From Zygnema circumcarinatum SAG 698-1b (lineage: Eukaryota > Plantae > Zygnematophyceae), in contig CM074811.1 of the NCBI GenBank assembly GCA_037447605.1, positions 124,001 through 188,000 on the forward strand: a DNA stretch of 64,000 nucleotides, in the 5' to 3' direction. The notes beneath the pieces were generated by a model. That model was not told the origin of the DNA. It saw nothing but the letters and a program-made list of their open reading frames with translations, and searched no databases. This document shows, in pieces, positions 44,340-57,337 of this stretch (position 1 is its first letter; each line of letters opens with the position of its first letter). The position numbers were made by a program, and so were the translations under genes.

Positions 44340-47300
44340 ATGGCTGCCCCCGCAGGTCCGTGGAATGCTGCGCTCTCTCCCCGGCCAGGCGACGGGGCAT
44401 GGAAGCCTGCAGACCCGCGGCACTCGCCCCCTGTCGTCGGCGGGTCCGCGAGGCACAGGGGGGTTGGAGCGTCTCCTTGGACGTGCGCCCTTCATGGAGG
44501 CCGGTCAGAAGCCTTAGGGATTTCAGCAAAGGCCGGCCAGGGAGGAGGAGCAGGGATGACCGAGGGAGGGGAGGGTGAAAGCAGTTCACTGAGACGCATG
44601 GCGCTGGTGGCCACATTGGCGGAGGATGCGGCGGCAACGGAGCTCCTGGAAGCGGCTGAGGCAGCATTAGGGCGGTCTCGGAGAGGGAGAGGGGAAGGAT
44701 TCCAGGAGTCCTGGGATGTGCAGATTGAGCTTTCAGCATCGCTCCTGCAAAGGGCAGTGGCGGTACCCAGTGCCGAGGAGGTTCTTGAGATACTTGAGAA
44801 TGCAGACGCAGGAAGGAGCGGGAAAATTGGCAGGCAGCAGTGTGCACAGCTGATTGAGGCGGCCGCAGCTGTAGGGAATTCACAGCTGGCGCTTTCCATC
44901 ATTGATGCCATGCGCGGAGCTGGAATGCAGCCTCGGAAAGATGTTCCACGCGGTATTTGCATGTGTGCTGCATCTCTGGGAAGGAGCTGCTAGCATGATG
45001 CGCTCAATTGACATTGAATTTAGGGTTTCAAGCACTTTGGCATGTGCAACGTGCTGGCAATTTATACTCTGTATCTTGCGGAAATGTTTTGGTCGTTGTA
45101 TAGAAAACCAACGTTTCACAAATCATCTGCAAGACTGAGATCATTCCTGAATTACAGTTTAACTCACTTTGTTCATGTCTGTTCTCTGAGGGTTGCTGGC
45201 AGTTGGAGTACCAGATAGGCAGCTGAATTGGGCGCCGGTCGATGTAAGCAGCTATGCAGCGTTAGTGCGCGGTTTCGCAGCAGCTCTGCGTGTGCAGGAT
45301 GCAGTGGAGGCGGTTCAAAGCGTGAGGCGCTGCGGCCTTCCTGCAGGAGATGAGGTGCGAATTCCTATCGATAGCTGACCGCCCAGCTTTGCTCGGCAGG
45401 TCATGGATGGCGGGCAAATTTCAAAATCTGGCAGTAATGTATGCGGTGTTAGTGCATGCATTGTAGATCCTGCCAATGCGAAAGTCGAGTGCGCACGATA
45501 GCCTCTGTGACCTTCACAAATTTGGTGACATTACATTAAACTTTTATGGACGAGCCTCCTGAGTAAACCTGCTCTTGTTACATGGACGGATGAGCACTTG
45601 AAGGTCATACATTTTTTTCTTGGCCGAGATAGTATGGAAATGCAGGAGGCGAATGTCTGCCTGTATAGACAAGGCTCGAAGACGAGGGCGGTGCAGATGC
45701 TGATAGGCAACCAATGGTATAGTGGTAGAAGAGGAAGGAAGTGGGGTGGCCAGAGGTGCTGTTTACATAGGACGAAAAAGACCGTTGACAGCTAATTGTG
45801 AGAACCTTTGTTAGTTTAACACCCTTTCGAGCACTGAATACAATCTAGCCGAACCTAAGGAGTTAGAAAGTTAAAAAAAAAAAAAAAAAACCCCCGAGCA
45901 ACTTCAAGTAGCTTCATTGCGTACATGAACGATTATGTAGTCCTTTCGTGGCAAAGGGGGGTTTTGGCATGGACAAGGCGAATGAAGTAACCTTTTGATT
46001 GAAGCCTGAAGCAAATTATTGGAAGTTTCCAAGCAGAAGAGGTAGCCCATCCGAAAGGAGTATTTTCGTTTGGCAACATGCTTGCATGTCTTGTTCCTAA
46101 ATTGATGTCTGATCTCAAGTTCATGCGATGGATACATCCTGATTGGCAGGTGGGATTGCCTCGGTGTTGCAGGTACCCTTTGGGAAGCCTGTTAACTGTC
46201 CTACCTGCCAGAAGCCGGTGGCGGTGGTGCAGCCACAGCATGGCTGTCAGGTAGGCATTCTGATGGAAGGAAACCGCAACAACTAAGTGTTTTTTTGGCT
46301 GGAAATGAAAAGTATTCTAATGGAAAGCCGTGGGATGGAGCATGCAGCTGGTGGCCTGCTCCTGCTGCCGGTATCAGTATGAGCTTATGTCTGGGGATGT
46401 TGTCAGCTGCGAGTCAGAGGCATTGACGTAAGTTGTTGTGTTCCCATGTACATGAAGGGTATGGACTGAGGTCGCTAGAGATGCCTTTCTGCTTCTGGGA
46501 GCTGGCAAAGTTGGAGGTCCTGGAGGAGTAGCATGTTTCACTCACTTTCGCTTAGCTGCTTCGGGTGTTGCAGGGGCGAGCTGTCAGCTCTGCAACGAGG
46601 TTTGAGATTGCTGAGGCTGGGGAGACGACCCACTCCGGCTGCGGTGCATTCGATGGTGGTACGACTTGTCTGAACTTAACAGAAACAGCAGTGTTTTTCC
46701 ACCCATGCAGAAGGTCATATAATCGCTATCAAATACTTTGACAGCCAGAGTTGAGTTTTCATTCTATTTCTGTCCCGTTTTGAAATCCTCAGGTAAAGGC
46801 GCCGGATGGTGTAGCTCGGACCCATCGCTTTGCAACAGAGACTGCTGACATTCCTGCACAGCCCGGGGAACGTGTATCTGTGGCATCTGCGGCGCCTGAG
46901 TCGGCCAAACGCAGGACTGCTTTGGGCTTGTTTACAGCCACCACACGTGTGCCTGGATGGCAATCAGGGGAGCCCATGGCACTCACAAACCATGCAACCT
47001 GCAAGGTGTCGCCGCTGTTGAGAGCCCCTCCTAAGGAGGGCACTGCAGCGGCCATGGGTGCATCTTGGCTGCTGCCAACAGCTCTTCTCCTAGCAAGCAG
47101 TGATGCAGCAGTCGGCTTCATCGACCCAGCACTGCCCCCACTGCTGGCTGCGGGGGCTGTCTCAGCTGTGGCTTTGGGTGGTGCGGCCAACCGTTTAGTG
47201 CTGCCTCGTCTCAACCAGGTAGACAAGAACCCCTGGCAATGCTGCTCGTTCTGCTCTTTTATGTGGCGTCTGAAGCAGATGGGGCTTACTTCACTGCTGC

Positions 47301-48394
47301 ATGGTTGTTACGATGAATCCAGTTGCCCCAGCGCAGTGCGGATGCTGTTGCAGCTCGGCAAGAGCTGCTGGAGCAGCACGAGAAGGTCGAACAGCGCCTT
47401 CAGCAGCTTAGCCTTGCAGCAGCTGATGAGGTAGGCACTCCGGGGGCAAAAGGGAGTTAGCTTCATGTGTTGACCGGGAACTGCAAAGGTATTCAGCGCC
47501 TTCTTTTCACTGGAGCAATATTCATGCAGGTGCGAATGCTAGCCCGCATGTGGCAGCTCCAGAATAAGATGGAGGCGGTGGGAGATCCAGCAACATACAG
47601 GTACAGCATTGTAGGAAGTCGGAAATGACTTCAATGCTCGTAGGGAAGCAATTTAGGAGCCGGAAATGTCTCATCATGGATCCTTTAGGAACTTGCTCAT
47701 CTATTTAAGAGGGGTGTGGGTGGACAGCACTCGACTGGAGAGAGTGCAGCTCGCACGGGAGGGTTTGGATGAGCGATTAACAGCCCGCCTTAGTCTTATC
47801 GACAGTTACGCAAAGGTATGCTCTAATGCGCCATCTCCGTCATCATGCCTCCCCTTTCATATTTTGTCAAATTCTTACGGTGGCGGGGGCTTGTCTGCAG
47901 ATAGCGTCGATGATCGAGATTGAAGTCGAAATGGGAACTGACCTGCTCGCGGCGGAGGCGGCTGGCGCTGCGGTACGCTTCTCCCCATGGCCAGTAGGGA
48001 GGGGGCGCTGCTGCTTCCGTCTGTGGCCCCCTTATCTCTCTGTCTCTTTTTCTGCTCCTCCCCTCACTCTCTCTCTCACTCTCGCACCTCTCGCACCATC
48101 AAGGGCGGGGCGGCCTTCTGAAGGGGCGTAGGCGTGTGCGAGGGGGTGTGCAGGCAAACATTGCGGAGCAGATCAACCGGCTGGAGGAGGTAGACGAGTT
48201 GCAAAAGGTAGCCGCAATGAGCATAGGGTTGTCACTTGAGCGTGCCCTTTCCTCCAAGGTGAAGAAACGCCGGCATATGCCGTATCTAAGTATTTCCTGT
48301 GCATTGGATGCAGGAATGGAAAATCAATGCAGAAGCGAACGATGAGGTGGAGCGCCTGCTGCGAAGCGCTCCTGCCCTTCCCGATCCTTTGTAA
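44340..48394 (+). CDS. Conserved plant/algal plastid protein of the At1g64430 (PPR-superfamily-annotated) type
   Basis: Multi-exon. VPFGKPVNCPTC, CSCCRYQYELMSGD, GVARTHRFATETADIPAQPGERV, ARMWQLQNKMEAVG, SMIEIEVEM, WKINAEANDEVERLL; TAA at 48392-48394. Confidence 0.8.
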
Positions 48395-48466
48395 AAGTTT
48401 TCTTACCTTTTAGTGTGCATCTTGGCTCACAATCGGCAGTAAAAATCGTGAGAAAGGAATCGTTAT

Positions 48467-48514
48467 GGTGTGGATGTCGGGTGGTGTGGATGTCGGGTGG
48501 TGCGGATGTCGGGG
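48467..48514. repeat. Three tandem 16-bp units GGTGYGGATGTCGGGK
   Basis: Units start at 48467, 48483 and 48499; lies between two convergent 3' ends. Confidence 0.9.
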
Positions 48515-48809
48515 TTTTTTTTTTTTTTCATGTAGTCTCCATTCATTGCGGAAATTTATAGTCCTATTGTTTTGCTACGGCGCAATGAGCAGTGGTGACG
48601 ACTGCTTGGAGGCATCTTTAAGGGGGGACGGAAGGCATCTGCGAATTCCAAGCACAAGAGAGTTTTTGATAGAACAAGTAACAGGATTACGCTTAACAGG
48701 AAAACGCCGTTTGCAGCAAACTGCTTCAAGAACTCTCTCACGCCCTCCTTCCTCACGCAATGGTAGAGCTCTTATTCAAACTAAAACACGTTCGTCAGTA
48801 CAGACCCTA

Positions 48810-51800
48810 TTAAAGTTCATCATGTCCAGGTGATGACGCCTGCACGTGGCAACCACCTTGTCCGCCAGCATCATCATCCGCAAACGGAGGAGAGTCTTTT
48901 CTGATCTCATGTTCTGCTGTATCGTCACATTGCATATCTTTGTCGAAGAATGCGGACTCATCGCTGAGTGCAGGCGCTGCCAAGCTTGCAACTGCGTCTC
49001 GCTCGATTTCCTGCGCACCTTCAACACATCCATCCACCTCTTCAATGGTTGTCTGACCATCCGCCCCCACAGCTGGTCCCTGCAGCTCCCCCTCCGTGAG
49101 AACCGGCACCCCGTTGATGGCTGTCTTGGTACAGCTTTCCGTCGCCTCCTGGGAGAAGACATTTCCGTCTGCAACTGCTGAGAGGAAGGGGTCCAGAGTG
49201 CTGGCAACACCGTCGTTGTCTTTACCTTCTTGTGCAATGGTGGATGCCATTCCAAAAACGGAGGGCTCCTCGTCAACATTTCCAGAATCTCTTTCAGAAA
49301 TGACTCCCACAGCCTCCAGTTCCGTTCTGTCAGAGCTCTCTGGCTCAGCTTCAGTTAGATCACCCCTCGCCCTATCTACAAGCCCGTCCACACCTGCCGA
49401 CGATCTCTCTGGCTCGTGCTCCTGTTGAGTTGCCCTTGCACTTTCTGCCCCTTCAGTAGAATCCGTTACGAGATAGCTCTGATCCTGCACATACGCAGTA
49501 CTTTCAGTGAATGAGGTGCCTTCAGTGAAGGCTGCATGACCAACTTCCCCTGCAGACTCTTCAGCATGATGGCCAATCGGCGGAGATGGTGGCGCATCCA
49601 AACTCGGTTGCACTACCTCAGGGTGCGCCATTTGGGTATCGAGCATAATTTTCATTTTTGATACATCTTCCTCGTAAAGCAATGGTTCCGAATGGAGTAC
49701 TGGTTGCTCAAGTATCTCTGTTGGCATAATCTGTGCATCAGCTGCAGTCTCCCCCAATGTCTCTCTGCCTGTCACTCTGTCCACCAGCTTCGTATCATTG
49801 TACACGTTATCTGTGGCTACCTCACGTGGCTGAATTGGCAAAGTCTGCGAATCCGATGATGTTTCACCTGACTCCTCTCGGCCTGTCTCGCCATCCACCA
49901 GCCTTGTATCCTCATCTACTCTATACATGCCCGTATCAAGTAGCTCTATTGGCGTAATCTGTGAATCCGGTTCCGTTCCCCCCAAATTCTCTTGGCTTAT
50001 CTCTTCATCCACCAGCTTCGTATCATTGTCTACGTTAGCTGCGCCCACCTCACGTGGCTGAATTGGCAAAGTCTGCGAATCCGATGTTGTTTCACCTGAC
50101 TTCTCTCGGCCTGTCTCACCATCCACAAGCCTCATATCCTCATCTCTACGCCTGTCCGGATCAAGAGGCGCTATTGGCGTAACCTTTGAAGTCGGTGCCG
50201 TTCCCTCCAATTTCTCTCTTCCTGTCTCTTCGTCCACCAGTTTCGTATCCTCACCCTTTTCATTTATGCCCGGAGGGGCACTCACAGGTATCTCCTTAAC
50301 TTGCAAATCTGAGGTTTGCAGAATAACCTCAGTCACATTTTTCCCTTCGGACGACACCGTTCCATTAGAACTAGCGATAGCTGGTGGCCCCTCATTCTCT
50401 TCCAAACTTCCTTGAAGCACTGTTTCAGACTGCTCTTCTATTCTATCGTCAATGTTTCCAGACGAGTCTGACGTCAGCACCGCAACTTTTTCCTTTTCAG
50501 TAAACATCTTCAGCATTTGAGCCCGGATATACAATACCAATTCTGAGACACGCTGAAATTCAAGCTGAAAAAACACCAACCATGTCATCGGTGGTTTATC
50601 AGGGCTGGAAGGCCGAGGGAGTGGTCCAGGGGGCTGCATCCAGCCGGAAGGGAGAGGGGTGGGGCCAGCAGATGGCTGGGTATGCTGAAGCTCTGAGTTG
50701 AACGTGCCAATAGGAGGAGATTGTTTCGGAAAAAAAAGACGGGTGACAGAAATTTTGTTGATGAGGGGCAAACGTTTCCACAGCACGTATGTGCAGATGA
50801 GCAAAAACAGAAACGAGCCAATGATTACAATAAGCCTGCGTCAAAACATGAAAGATGTCAGCTACAAAGATTGTCAGATTCAAAGCTCCATCAGCACAAC
50901 AGTACACCTATCACTAATGCTGCAGCAAAATTGACAGTTCCTGCAATGGAGTTCTACAGAAACATGGGGGAAACCAGGAAATTCAACAAAAGACCCCCAA
51001 CAAGCAGGGGAATCTGGCTGGAAGCAGAGTGACACCTGTCCTGAACATCCTGCCTCTGTAGAAGAGCCAACATGCGCCGAGTGCGCCCAAGGACGGAGCG
51101 CTGGCTTGTGTACTCCTCATCTGTCTGCTTCAACAAACGGTTTGACTCCGCTGCACAGTGGTTGTGGCAGGCAGTATCTGATGATTCAGTGTACATCATC
51201 TTGTCCCTATAGTCTTGAAAAGATCCAACACGTCCTTCTATGTTACTCTGGCCACCAGCAAGGTGGGATACTCAAAGAGATAAAGGACACAGAAACAGAC
51301 TCACCCATGTTCTCTAGCGTGTCCGCCCCTCGCTGCACCTCCTGCAGCTCCCACGCCCCCATATGGTTCATTATCAGCGGTGCAGCAAGCAGGTGTGGGT
51401 CTTCCTCCACCATCACTAGGTGGGGCGCATTCTTCACATTCTACACGCTACTTTATCGCCTCTAAGTTCCCTGCCAAAGTAAGTGTCCAGAGGTGCATCT
51501 CTGCCTGCTCCATGATTTGCCGCGATCGTCGCAAGCTGTCGGTCACATCCTCTGCTGCCGCGGCCATTTCCGCCTGCGTCCTTCACATTGACAGGCCGTC
51601 ACTTGTCAGCGGGTTCAAACAGTTTTCATCTCTGCCACACCTGCAAAGCCAATCTCTATTGAGAAAGATCGCCGGGCAACACTAAAGGAAAATACGGAGT
51701 TTCAGGTGGCCATCAATGGACAGACCAAAGTAGCACAAGCAAAGTTTTGGGAGCTCACTGTAGCTTGCGCCGCCGGAGAATGGCATCTTCACTTCCACCA

Positions 51801-53471
51801 AACAGCAACTCCCTCTGGTGTTGCACCCGGCCAGACCGCAGAGCAGAACATGCAAGGTGAATGCCTGGAGATATGGTGGAGCTACAAGTCATACTGTCCA
51901 TCGAAAACTCTTCGTGAATGACTTGACACACATCTATAGGTACTAAAGTCTTATAGTAGTCCCTTTCACTTTCTCAGCGTAGACATCTAACATAATCCAA
52001 TATGGCTGATTATAGCTTTCGTTGCTATGTTTAATTGGTAGACAGGTTCTGATACATTAGGCGGTTGCAACACCCACCGAAATGAGCCGTGTATGATGCA
52101 ACCCTGGAAATGGCCAGCTCTTGGAAACCGTTTTGGCCGGAAAATGTATACATTTGTGACTCACCTCTCTGCGGGCCGCCTGCTCTGCATGACGTTTAGC
52201 CTGCAAATTTGCATTCCGCAAGCTCGGTCGTAACCTGCAATCACAAAAAAACGAAATAACTTTTCCATTGGATCACGTCTCTAACGACTCATAAAGTGCA
52301 TGTGACAATAACCCATGGGCGAATGGTGACCGCCAGCGAGCGCAACTCGAGTAGTACGAGTGATGTGATATTGTCGAAAAGCTTTATATTTTATAGCGTT
52401 GCAGGATTTACACATGCCAATACAGCCATGTTTTCTCAAAAGCTACATCCATGAACTAGAAATGGAACAGGAGCTTGACAGTCTCCAATTTCAAAAGGAT
52501 AAACGAGTTATATTGTTGTCTTGCAGAATCCAAAAGGTGTTTACATCTATTACTTTATTTAATCAGGTATTATGCTTCATGGATGCGGCAGCAATCAACT
52601 CATCATTCAAGCTGAAACATAAACACTTGCTTGAGTGGTTTATCTCGTAAAACTTTCAAGTTATCTTGTAAAGGTAGAGCAGTCGTGGGAGGCGGATTTT
52701 GCTGAGGAGAATTTCTACTTTTCTCTTTAAAGAATGCGGTCAGCTTATGTGACTGATAGAATGGCACTCCTTAATCGTTACTGCCAGTCCTTGGTCGCTA
52801 AACTGGATATTGATGCATTCACGACAGCATCAAGAACAGCGTGCGTGACGAAACTGTGCTGGCTGACTCCAAGATGCTAACCGCCAATTCTTGAGAACAC
52901 TTCTTTGAACACTTCAGTTGCCTGATCGATGTCTGAAACAGCAGTGGCAACTTCATAGTAAGGCGACTCTAATGATGAAAACTCCACACCAAGGCTTTCC
53001 AAAAACTTACTGGTTATACTCGCAGTTTAGCTGCTCAAGCTGACTCTGCAGTGCTTGGCTTTCTTGATCACTGCTCAAGCCAGCAATCCTCCATAGCCCC
53101 GTTTGTAGAGTAAGCGCCGGTTGTGCATCCCTTACACATAATGCAAAATGCTTGAGACAACACTAACCTGCTTCTTTAAGAAAATACATACAGCACACAT
53201 AATCAAAACGAGTCCTATAAGGACAAAAGTCAAGTTGAAGCAACCTGTCTGCCGCTTCCACCTCGACCTCAATCTTGCGGAGATGTGCTTTAATCGTGAG
53301 AAGCTTCTCCTGCACACCCCCCTGCAGACGCTGCAGGACACCCTGCTCGCCTCCTACGGAGATGCGCTGCACATCGGCCTTTGCAGCCTCTATGGCAGTC
53401 CTGCAGGCTTGCACCAGGTCCTCAGCTGCTCCCGAGAAACAAGGAACCTCCTCGGCTGCCATGGCTCGCAT
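48810..53471 (-). CDS. SEC20: SEC20/BNIP1 ER Qb-SNARE with a very long lumenal C-terminal extension ending in HDEL
   Basis: LRPSLRNANLQAK, DVTDSLRRSRQIM, QEVQRGADTL, EEYTSQRSVLGRTRRMLALLQRQDVQDR, then TM LIVIIGSFLFLLICTYVLWKR (exon starts 50835). The frame stays open to ...PGHDEL-TAA at 48810. Start ATG is 53471 or 53462. Confidence 0.85.
49700..50252 (-). repeat. Coding tandem repeat: five ~114-bp (38-aa) units in alternating A/B arrangement
   Basis: LVD anchors at 50234, 50123, 50009, 49895 and 49781 (spacing 111, 114, 114, 114). Confidence 0.9.
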
Positions 53472-53651
53472 GCTTGCAGTTGCAATCACAGCTGCTCACG
53501 AGGCCTTCGCGGAGTTAAAACATTGACTTTTCCGCTGCTCGCTTCATCCGCGATGAGCACATGATTAGGGTTAGGAAAGGATCACACACTTCCCTCCCCC
53601 TTTCTATTCGTTTGCTCCTTCATCACGCTGAGGTCAATCGAGGAGGAAGCC

Positions 53652-56600
53652 ATGGAGCTGCTGGAAGCATGGCTTCATGGGAACTGTCCTCTGGCAGGCA
53701 TTCCCTCCACTCGTGCTGTAAGTACGGGAGAAGCCACAGCACTGGAAAGCTCTGCGGACATGGCAAGAGAGAGAGCTCCATTGTCCTCTCTCTTTCTCTC
53801 ACACTACTCCGCACGACCCTTACACTGTGCTGTGTTTGGCCCCTTGTAGCTGGCTGGCCTCCTCGCATACATGGTAGCATTAGCAGGACTCGGCTCTCTA
53901 CTTCCTGCTCGATATGTGGAGGGCGTCAAGCTTTCTGATGGTACAAAGGTGACCTATAATTGCAATGGTGCGTTTTCCCTGTGGCTGCACATTGACCATA
54001 GTACCAGAGTTTTTCGTCTTCTTTAGTATGATAAAGTGGTTTGGACTCACGATGGGGAAAATTTAGCTCTTCATGGAGATTTGCTTGTACTAAGAGGCTC
54101 TGTCGCCTGCAGGATTCATGGTTCTCCTTTCTTTGCTGCTCCTCCTCTCGCTTTCGACGAGACTTGGAATGATTTCTCCAACTGTAAGCTATCCCAATAC
54201 TGGAATAGCTGGTAGCCGAGCTCCAGTGGAAAAGGAAGGCAAATTATGTATCACTGGATAGGGCTCCCACGAAAAATTACTTCGTGTACGCACTAGTTCA
54301 GCTCGGATTTTGCATTAGAGTTGTAATCGCATAAGACTTCCGATCATGGAGAAGCAATTTTCGTGTGGCAGGTGTTTTTTGTCTGACAATTGCAGGCATC
54401 GTCAATGAGACCTACATACTCTGTGAGGAGGTACTTGAGGATGTTTTAAGCACCAGTTTTGTCCAGTTTGATAGAGAGACCTTCTTGGTCAGAAGCTTGA
54501 AGAAGCTCACTCGGTGCATTCGAGTTTGCGGGTGCGTGTTTGCAAACGTAGATTCTCGCAGACATTGGAGGCGAACTCTTCACTACAGCACTTACTTTCA
54601 CGTTACTGGTGCGAGTCTCAAATGAAATAATTGTTGGACTATCCAGTTTCTTTTATGCTTGGCGTGGCTTAGCATGTGTGGAATCTAGCTGCAAGTCGTC
54701 TCGCTTGTCAATTTCCCCTGAAGTTTTCGCCCCTGCTTGAAGAATGAAGATATATGGAGGACGCAGGGAATGAAATATTTGCATGGACGTGCCAGGTGTC
54801 AGTCCTCTTGTATATCAGCGGAAGTTTTTCAACGAGCAATTCGGCATCATTACGAAAACATAGGACGGGGAATTTCTTACATGACTGGTAAGGTTACTTG
54901 TCATCACATTCAGACGCATGTCAGGGTGCGGAGGTGCACATGTGCAGTTGTGCACGAATAAGATACTTCTACGGGTTCTTTAATAACGAAGAGGGTGCTT
55001 GCCTCCATTCCGGGCTAGCCTGCTCTCTTGCCACTTGAATAAGAAAGTACCTTTGCTTCTTGTGACAGATTGCCGCTGAACATAACCTCTGCTTAATGAG
55101 GATCACGAAGTACCTTTTTGAGTTACTTATTTACGGAATGTCTGTTACAGGTGGTTCGGTGTGCAGCTCAATCCCCAGTTCATGGGCATGGACCTCAAGT
55201 AAGGCTCATGTTACCCATTACTGGCCGAGAGTCTGATGTAGCCCGTGAAGTTTGCAGCAATTGAGAAAGCAAAAAAACAACAAATCAAGGCTTCTCTGAA
55301 GTGAGATCTGACAAAGGAATAGTCTCCTCGCAGGTTCTTTTGGCTGCGTCCGTCCATGATGGGGTGGCTGCTTATCAATCTTTCTGTGGCGGCAAAGCAA
55401 CTGCAGCAGCAAGGGGCTATTCCTTTGTCTATGATGCTCTACCAAGTGTTCACTGCTGTCAGTCCTTCACACCTTGCTTCCCTTCCTATAGCACAGTCAA
55501 ATTGTGTATTGGGGTGGGTTCTGAAAGGTTTGACAAGGGAAGGCGACTTCCAGTTACATAGGAGGCATCACTTAAATCTAGCGAATGATGGCTGGGGTTC
55601 AATGGTTTGCCTATATAGAATATGAGAACGAGCGGCACCTGTCTGAACTTACACCGGGAGGTGGGGCTACCCACATTGCGAAGCATATGGCGGCTTACTT
55701 GAGATGAACAGTCCAATAAGGAACTGAGTTATGTTGTTTGTGGGCTAGTTTAGATGAGGTGAAGGATTTGAAAAGTGGATGGCTGCAGGTATATGTACTT
55801 GACTACTTCTGGTTTGAGGAGTACATGACATCCACGTGAGTGTGCATGTACTGGGCTTGCCCTGGTCTTGATTCTGAAACAATCGCAATATTCTCCTTAA
55901 GCAGAGTGTATGGCTGCCTCATATGTCTGACGGAGCGGAGAATTCTTTGGTATGCAGATGGGACATTATCGCTGAGAATTTTGGCTTCATGCTTGTCTTT
56001 GGAGACCTCGTATGGATTCCCTTCACATTTTCCATGCAGGTAAGTTTTCTTCAAGGGCAACAGGTGGCCCTCGTTCTGTCTTTGGACGGAAGCAAAGCGC
56101 TAACGTATTTGAGTGGGAGCTTTGTTGGCACAGGCATGGTGGCTTCTAAAGCATCCTACCACAATCTCTCAGCCATTCGCTGCTGTAGTCATCCTCCTCT
56201 TTGTTGCGGGGTAACGACCTTTACTCTTCCACATTTCTTAACAGGAAGGAGCTCGAACCGCAAGACGTGGTTGCCACTAACTCACGTTTTTTTCTGATTT
56301 GAACGCCTTCCAGGTACATGGTCTTTCGAGGTGCAAATCGCCAAAAGCACGTATTTAAGCACAGTCCACGGACACCCATTTGGGGCAAGCCTCCAGAAGT
56401 GGTAGGAGGCCGGCTGCTAGTCTCTGGTTACTGGTAAGGTTCCACCACTCCTGTCACCTTTTGGCAGGCAATAGCAGTTAGGTGAACACCACAACCCTTG
56501 ACTGACACAAACGTGTGCACGGGGCCATCTCACGCAGGGGGCTTTCGCGGCATTGCAACTACATGGGGGACCTTATGCTCGCCCTCTCTTACAGCCTACC

Positions 56601-56958
56601 ATGCGGTTTCAGGTGTGCGCTTTCTGGTCGAATGATTGTCCACATTTTGTCGTTTTATGGCATTTGGTAACACGTGTGCGATTGTGTAACAATGCACGCC
56701 ATAGCGGTTGCACAGCGCTGGCAAGTTTGAATCAAAGTTGCGCACCTTCGAAGAAGATTGCGGAGGTATCTTCGCTGATGGTTTTTCAACTCGCCATTGT
56801 GCAGCTCTGCCTTGCCATACTTGTACCCCTTCTACCTCTTTGTGCTCCTGCTGTGGCGCGAGAGGAGGGACGAAGCACGTTGTCGGGCCAAATACCGCGA
56901 AGTGTGGGCTGAATACTGCAAGCGCGTGCCATGGAGGATCTTTCCCTTCATATACTAG
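53652..56958 (+). CDS. FK: Delta14-sterol reductase (FACKEL/HYD2; ERG4/ERG24 family)
   Basis: VKLSDGTKVTYNCNG, WFGVQLNP, FFWLRPSMMGW, DIIAENFGFMLVFGDLVWIPFTFS, LLVSGYWG-SRHCNYMGDL, RERRDEARCRAKY, RVPWRIFPFIY*; TAG at 56956-56958. Confidence 0.92.
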
Positions 56959-57337
56959 GATGCCACCGTTCTATGTCACGTTTATGTTTTAGGCAGTGGC
57001 TTTTGAGACGAACGATTCTTTACGAGAGCTTCCTATGATATTTGAGATTAGATTTGGTACGTTTTCCTTTCAGATTAGTTGCTCTTCCTTATCTCGGCAG
57101 AGAGATGGAGGACTCGAATCAATGAAATCTCCGTTAGACAGCATTTACTCGAAACATCAGGCGAACACAATGAAGACAGGACTACAACAGTCCGAGTGTT
57201 TGGTGAACTTATGGGAACCCCACGTTACAGTAATCAGATCTTTTTTTGCAATACCTATTAGCTGCGTCTGAGCCAAAGCCTGCAGCCCAATTTAATTATT
57301 TGATATCAAATGTACATCCCTTGGATTGGAAAGGCGC

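Noticed and set aside
45873-45890. A18 run in an intron as a retroposon tail
   Set aside because: No target-site duplication or recognisable SINE/LINE body.
48467-48514. Short direct repeats (also GATAC and GCCAT arrays) as CRISPR
   Set aside because: Head-to-tail with no unique spacers, no cas genes, and a eukaryotic context.
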